Source: Botryllus schlosseri
Taxonomy: Eukaryota
Direction of reading: 5' to 3'
Length of the DNA: 64,000 bases
NCBI GenBank assembly: GCA_051294905.1
Contig: CM119371.1
Span: 32,180,001 to 32,244,000 of the forward strand
A model generated the notes under the pieces. It saw only the letters and a program-made list of their open reading frames with translations. It was not told the DNA's origin and ran no database searches. Position numbers and translations under genes: made by a program. Shown here piece by piece: positions 57,797 through 64,000 of the stretch. How positions within the stretch are numbered: position 1 is the stretch's first letter; each line of letters opens with the position of its first letter.

Positions 57797-58083
57797 CTGG
57801 TAAATAAACACACATTCAGATATACATGCATTGTATATAGGCTAGGCAGGACATTGAAAATTCTCATGCATATAAAATATGATTAAATTGCGTATAATCC
57901 TACATACCAATTCATATATTGATATGTTCTAGATAACGATAATTCCTTAGTTTCGCCTTGGATATCATACTTGACGGAGTCACCTGGCAGACTGTTATAG
58001 CAAAAAGAGATGATCCTCATCATGGACATACTGTTTTGCCATATGAATTAAAACAGCAGGATTCTGGTCGTGGCGCTGCAAAC

Positions 58084-58587
58084 CAGGGCTTTGGAGCCGG
58101 AGCCCGGAGCCGGAGCCCCGGAGCCGTGCATTTTCACTGGAGCTGGATCCGGATCCGGAGCTCTACATAAAATTCAGCCGGAGCCGGAGCTGGAACCCGA
58201 TTTACTGAAAATGTGACTGGACCCTGGATCTGCCAATGCGTCGGAACTGATATTTTAGTCATCAACATCCCAAGTGTCGCAGCCAGACTTGTAATTTTTG
58301 GTTGGCATTGCAAGTTCACAATCTGAGCAATTCATTTTCGATGATATAATAGGAAATTACCTCGCGGGCCACGCAAAACCGTCTCGCGGGCCCCTCATTT
58401 GGCCCGCGGGTTGGCCACCCCTGATATAGCAGGCCCATTCGATAATTTCAGAGCCGGAGCCGGAGCTGGAGCCGGAGCAGTGGTAATAATGCGGCTCCGG
58501 AGCTGGAGCCGGAGCTAATGTATGATAGAAGAAAGCTCCGGAGCCGGAGCTGGAGCAGTTTAAATTTACGGCTGCTCCAAAGCCCTG
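58084..58587. mobile_element. hAT-type MITE with (GGAGCC/GGAGCT)n arrays
   Basis: TIR CAGGGCTTTGGAGC / GCTCCAAAGCCCTG with a perfect TSD ctgcaaac; includes a family N 3' fragment. Confidence 0.93.
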
Positions 58588-58882
58588 CTGCAAACTAAAC
58601 GATTTACATCCGCGTATTATGCTCGTACGCATTTCATACTTCGCCAAGTTGTGTCACCATCAGAAATAATCATATACTCAAAAATGTGTACTACAAATTC
58701 TGTGTGTACGAGGGAATTTTCAGAGCAGTTTTTAGAGCATTCGTGGTCATTGTGACTAATAATTGCTTTGGTGATAAAAACGTGAATGTTTATCCAGTCA
58801 CCAAACCGTTCGGAGATTTCAGGAGTTCCGCATCAGCAGGCTGGACACTCATGCAAACAGCATTGTCATAGGCATGGATTAC

Positions 58883-59213
58883 CTTCCAATTTCTGGTCAA
58901 TCCACGCACCGATGCGGTTATAGTCAACTTCTGCGCTTTTTCCAGGAGGTCCCCTTATGCCAGGACCTCCCTCTGGTCCAGATGGTCCGACCGGTCCAGG
59001 TTCACCTTTTACTCCGGAATCTCCTTTGGGACCACGTGCTCCTGATTTGCCGACTCGGCCGATTAGACTGGATGAGCTGCTTGCGGGAAAGCAGAATTGA
59101 TTCATTTGCAACACATGGGAGCACAGCGGCCCCGAGGGGCTAGCTGAGACCGTAAATCCAAGCAGAATTCCCAACAAAAGTGAAGTGGATGTCAGTATAC
59201 AGCTAGGATTCAT
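58883..59213 (-). CDS. Collectin coding exon 1 (signal peptide, 2 Cys, 14 Gly-X-Y triplets, neck start)
   Basis: Hydrophobic leader, CSHVLQMNQFC, collagen-like GRV…GKS, donor AAG|GTAATC (phase 1). Confidence 0.9.
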
Positions 59214-59872
59214 TTTCTGTCTGTGTCTGAATATATATATTATGCAATATTAACATGTTTAAAAACTCTGGTCGCATTGTTGGCATCAATACGCAGGTTC
59301 CCTCAGTTATGAAGAGCAGCGTCCTTATTATTATTTATAAACATAATTCCACAGTTCGGTAACACATTTATGTTGGGATAGCTCAGTAGGTCTATTGTTT
59401 ACCACGATATCAATGTACAGTTTGTAAACCTTGATGAAATGAAGGGGGATGGAGGAATATTCTCATACACCGAACTGCAGTTGACTCCATGAGGCACGGT
59501 CAGATTAATCCTAAATTATGCTTGCAATACGCTATGGGAATGAGCGCAGCAATGATATGCCATGTTTTATGCCGGTTTTTCAGAAACAGAGGTGCAGCTG
59601 TCGACGGCCTGTTCTGCATAACCAGAAAAGTGTATTTAATTCCTGTGACATACTGGGCATGTCGATATAAAGCTATCTAGGCTATCTCGAAGCTCCAAGC
59701 ACAGTTCGTAAACGAGTTTCGAAAAGATAAGCCTATTGAATTGGAAAAAAAGGCAAAGACATGTGTTGACTGATGTCCACTCTTCGACTCGATCTACAGA
59801 ATATCAACAGAGCTATCCTATCAGTATGCCTAAATTGTATACGTCAAAACTTGTACAATACAGTCATACGCA

Positions 59873-61084
59873 CAGGCCCGTAATTGCCGCACCCCAAACC
59901 CCCCAATTGGGGGGGGGGGCGAGCTCGAAGGGGGCCCAAAATTATTTCGTGAATTACCATAAATTACAGAGAAATTTTTGAAAATTTATGCAACTTTTTC
60001 AAATTTTTTTCGCGCGATTTCAAGTTGCCAATTATCTTGAATTTTGGGTACTCTTCCCCCAAGAAAAAATACGCAAGATTTATAGAAATGGGCATATCGA
60101 CTTTTGCCATTAACGCGCCACGACGCACCAAGACATATAAAGTAGGCCATGTAACATGCGACTCCAAGAAGTGTGCCAGAACGATCGGCAGCAACAAAAC
60201 CTTGGCCGAAAAGAACTGCCCTTATGCTGAGCGAAAACTTCGTTATATATACAAAATACTGTCTTGGCAATCTGAACCTCACAAGACAAATACCATCCCG
60301 CAGGTAAAAACTATATGCCAGTGAAGAAATGCCAATTGGAAATCGCGTGCGTCTTTTAGTTTAGTAGCCCACGTTATGGCGATTCTATATTTTTTATATA
60401 GCCGACAGGAGGTCACGAAATAAAATCATGTTAAGGAGTCATACCAACGGGCCCTACAGTTTCCAAGACACCTCACTCAGCTCTACTGGTCAATTTGATT
60501 ACGCGAGCAGAGAGGACAAGAAGTTGATAGCAATATATATGCAATTCCCGATTTTATCATGAATTTTCGAAAATTTTCGCGCTTCGCGTTGGCTCACTTG
60601 GCAGTACAGCCCATTTCGTGGCAAAAGTGAACAATGTGATGGGGGGGTAGGTTTATCACCCTATGGGAGCCCAAACCCCAAGATTTTTTGCGGGGTATAC
60701 GCCCGAAGATGTTTAATTATAATATTGAGGGGTCCTACCTTTTCAAACACACCTCACTCAGCTCTACCTGTAAATCTTATTACGTGAGCAAAGAGAGGAT
60801 AAAAATTGATAGCAACATATATGCAATTCCCGATCATATTGACCGATTGAATCATGAATTATAGAAAATTTTCGCGCCTCGCGCGTTTTGGCTAGAAAAG
60901 TTGACCCACTAAACGGCCCCCAATGTATAGGATATGTAGGTTGCGGTAATTAGCGAATGGTCTGAGGGGGGTCTGGGGGCGAAGCCCCTCGGAAGTTCGA
61001 TTCATCAACATATGGGGGGCCCAAGACCAACGTTTTTTTTTTTTGGGGGGGGGGGGGGGGCTGGCGAAGTGCTGTTACGGCCTG
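59873..61084. mobile_element. hAT-type MITE family B, intact copy
   Basis: TIR CAGGCCCGTAA / TTACGGCCTG with a perfect TSD catacgca; internal ~120-bp duplication. Confidence 0.93.
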
Positions 61085-61966
61085 CATACGCAGATATGAT
61101 ATTGACATGAGAACTTGAGGGTAGGCCTACTTCAGAGAAATAACATCATTTTCTGAAATGTACCGGGATTGGTTGGGTCCCAGATTACATCGTTCCAAAA
61201 TCTTATTCCAAACAGAGTGGTCAAGAGCGGCAATACAGATTATACAAAACGTTTGATCTCAAGTGTCATTGAAGAAAACCTTCCACCTCTCCCTCTCTCA
61301 AAGGCTGTAAACTGAACATAAATTAGGTTTGCAGTGAGAGCCTTCGACCCCCAAAACCCACCTTTCGACTACGCCACTGTTGGTAGTGCTCAATCTGAGA
61401 GATAGCAACAGCTGAAAGAACATCACGCAATAGAACACCGGTATCACGATTCCTCAAAACGACGACGTGTGTTTTCTGGTTGTTTGGCTAATATTTGTTT
61501 AAAGCGCAGCTGGAAATACTAAAACAAAGAATAGTTAACTGACCGTCAATTAATATGTTAAATTTGTTGTTGTCTACCTATTTACAGATTCCCAACTTGT
61601 CTACAGCTACCGAACATATGCTTGTTTTCTTCCACATCTATTTTCGATATATATGGACAGTTGGACACATATCGCGTACTTTTAGATACTGTGCTATGCT
61701 CTGTATCTACCATATGGATATTAAAATATAATGATCTCATATAAGTGGATCGCGAGGTGTGTGTGTCCTGTGAACTATGACGTGGATAAGATTACAGAAA
61801 TCGGTTCGTGGTATGTTTTTATTAAGGTTATCGCTAAATGTTTATTGCTTTTAGATCTTATTCCTCATTTTTCGTGCTACGCTCGAATTGTCGCCCTCTA
61901 ATATATGTTCCACATTTATCACCGTTTCTAGACAGTTATTTATGCTTTTGCGAACGTCGTTTAGGC

Positions 61967-63147
61967 CAGTGGTTCTCAACCGCCGGTCCGCGGACCGGTG
62001 CCGGTCCGCAAGGTATATTACAATTTTAAACTTCAATTTCAAGATGTAATGTTGAAGGCTTGTCCATTGATAGAATAAATAAAACATCAAATCTTAAAAT
62101 AATTCAGAATTTTGTGAGGTAGGCTATCATTAGGGCTTGAAACATGTTCGACATGACTTGAAGTTCAAGACGTGTTATTTGACGAGCGACAATTACAGAA
62201 CAGGTACGAGCTGATTCATCGCTAAACAGCGCAGTATGCGCGATCATTCGTTTTCGATTCATTCATTTTGTGTAGGACCGTAACTGGGGCACCCAAAACC
62301 GCCCAATTGAAGAGGGGTCAAGCTTGAAAAGTGCCAAAAATTATTTTGCAAATGAACCTAAATCATAGCGTATTTTTCTGAAACTTTTTCCAACATTTTT
62401 CAATTTCTTTTCGCGCTTTGTGCGATTTAGTGTCACTACATGTCTTGCTTATTAGGTGCCCTTCTCCGGGATATACGCATGATTTATAGAAATAGGCATT
62501 TCGGCGTCAGCCATTACCGCGCCATGACGTACCAACCCTAATGAAGTATAGGCTAACATGGAACTCCGAAAGGTGTGCCAAAAATTCGGCTGCGAGAAAA
62601 CCGATTCAGTCATGAATGATCGATAATATTCGGCATTGCCGCGATTAAGCTACATAAACCCTCTGCTTACACCGAGTAGAATGAATGTGCTCACAAGTAC
62701 AGATGAAAACATTCACCGAACTGTAGGGTCTGGGGGTGAATCGCCGGAAGTTTGACTTATCTCCCCGAGGGCGACCAACACCAACGTTTTTTTGGGTGGG
62801 CTAACGAAGGGCTTTTGCGGCCCGGATTTCCGGTATAGTTGCGGCAAGGCGTTTTCCTGCGGCACACATTGTATTCGTAGTTGCCAAGAGTAGCGTATGC
62901 GTCTGATTGAAGTCGGTAATGAGTAGGCTAAGGCAGCACGGCAAGGTGCTTGGTTCGAGTTGGCGTGGTCGGTTAAACCCACGGCCTTCGGCGCGAAAGA
63001 CTGTACACGACTCTCGGCGGTAGCACGTTTATCTGGATAACGCACTTTTACCTCGAGTCAGCAAACTGACTACCATAAAATCACATGGATGCTATCATGA
63101 GGATAATTAATTACGATCAAAGCCCTTTAAATGTCATTCTCTAGCTA
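61967..63147. mobile_element. Family A element copy 3 (interrupted)
   Basis: Left TIR and body collinear with copy 1 up to ...ctctagc. Confidence 0.9.
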
Positions 63148-64000
63148 CAGCGGTTCTCAACCGGGGGTCCGCGGACCCCTAGGGGTCCGCGAAGCAATTT
63201 CAGGGGGTCCGCGAGACCTCTAAATTTTTAAAATGGTTAATAACCTAATTTTTATTTTATTTTCTCATTTGAGAAAGCATGAGGCAGTTTCGCACCATAA
63301 CTGTTAAAACCTCATGACTCATATCATCATAATAATTGTCTGACATGAACTATCGCAATGTGGAAATTCATTTTCATTGCCAATTTTCCATTAACCTGCA
63401 GATACAAACACATTGCTGTCTAGAGACGTTTTATTGGGGTATGTGAAAAAATATGGAAATAGTAACGTCAATCAGGGTGACTTCGTAATGTCTGCGAAAC
63501 CTTCTCGATTTGAAGTTGTCAGTCGCATCAAATTAGTGTACAGTCGTTTAAAATAAAAAATTCCGAAGCATGTCCCTAATTTGCCCCAATGCAGGGATTG
63601 AAACCTCACCACGAAATCCGTTTTGTCCTATGATATACATAACCACTATTTGAACAGCTTCTTGGAGGTACAGAACTTCAATATACAATTAAATAGTATA
63701 TTCATATTGAAATTAACCCGAATATTTTCGGCTGACACTCGTCATAAATCGGACAACCTGCTAACCTACTCTTAAAGCTCGGCTATCAGATTTGGCGCAT
63801 TCTTATTGTGGATGCCCTATATCGACAAGGCTGTTTTTTTATGAACAAGTAGTGTTTCGTTGCTATCAAAGAATTACGCTCCAACCCTGAAACTCATATG
63901 ACCAGTTATATTGATATGCAGCCTTGTCATGCTAATGTTCAATTGTTCATGGTCGAAAATGATTGCTCGTAAATATATATGTAAACCCGAACAGAACAAG
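63148..64000. mobile_element. Another hAT-type element inserted in family A copy 3; its right end is not seen in the window
   Basis: Begins CAGCGGTTCTCAACCGGGGGTCCGCGG with GGGGTCCGCG subterminal repeats. Confidence 0.65.

Overview
Eukaryotic, AT-rich, very repeat-dense DNA. It is probably a marine invertebrate and looks ascidian-like, but that is inferred from gene and repeat content only. Host genes: (1) four paralogous, intronless ~670-680 aa BTB-BACK-BACK-degenerate-Kelch genes (12071-14092 +, 22151-24172 +, 32938-30899 -, 34670-36694 +). (2) A three-exon, 252-aa collectin on the minus strand (signal peptide, 2 Cys, 14 Gly-X-Y triplets, neck, EPN-type C-type lectin domain; 59213-50279) that the ORF track shows only in pieces. 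The rest is mostly transposon-derived: many hAT-type MITEs with readable 8-bp target-site duplications (TSDs), relics of Academ(X)-like and ISL2EU-like elements, LINE 3' tails and tRNA-derived SINEs. TSDs allow the history to be reconstructed. Genes 2 and 4 lie in a segmental duplication hidden by later insertions, including a 9.2-kb nest about six levels deep. Genes 2, 3 and 4 share an upstream module that is partly Academ-derived, and gene 4 looks like a mosaic of genes 2 and 3. No prokaryotic-type systems (CRISPR etc.) are present. Family names come from motif recognition by eye, not database searches.
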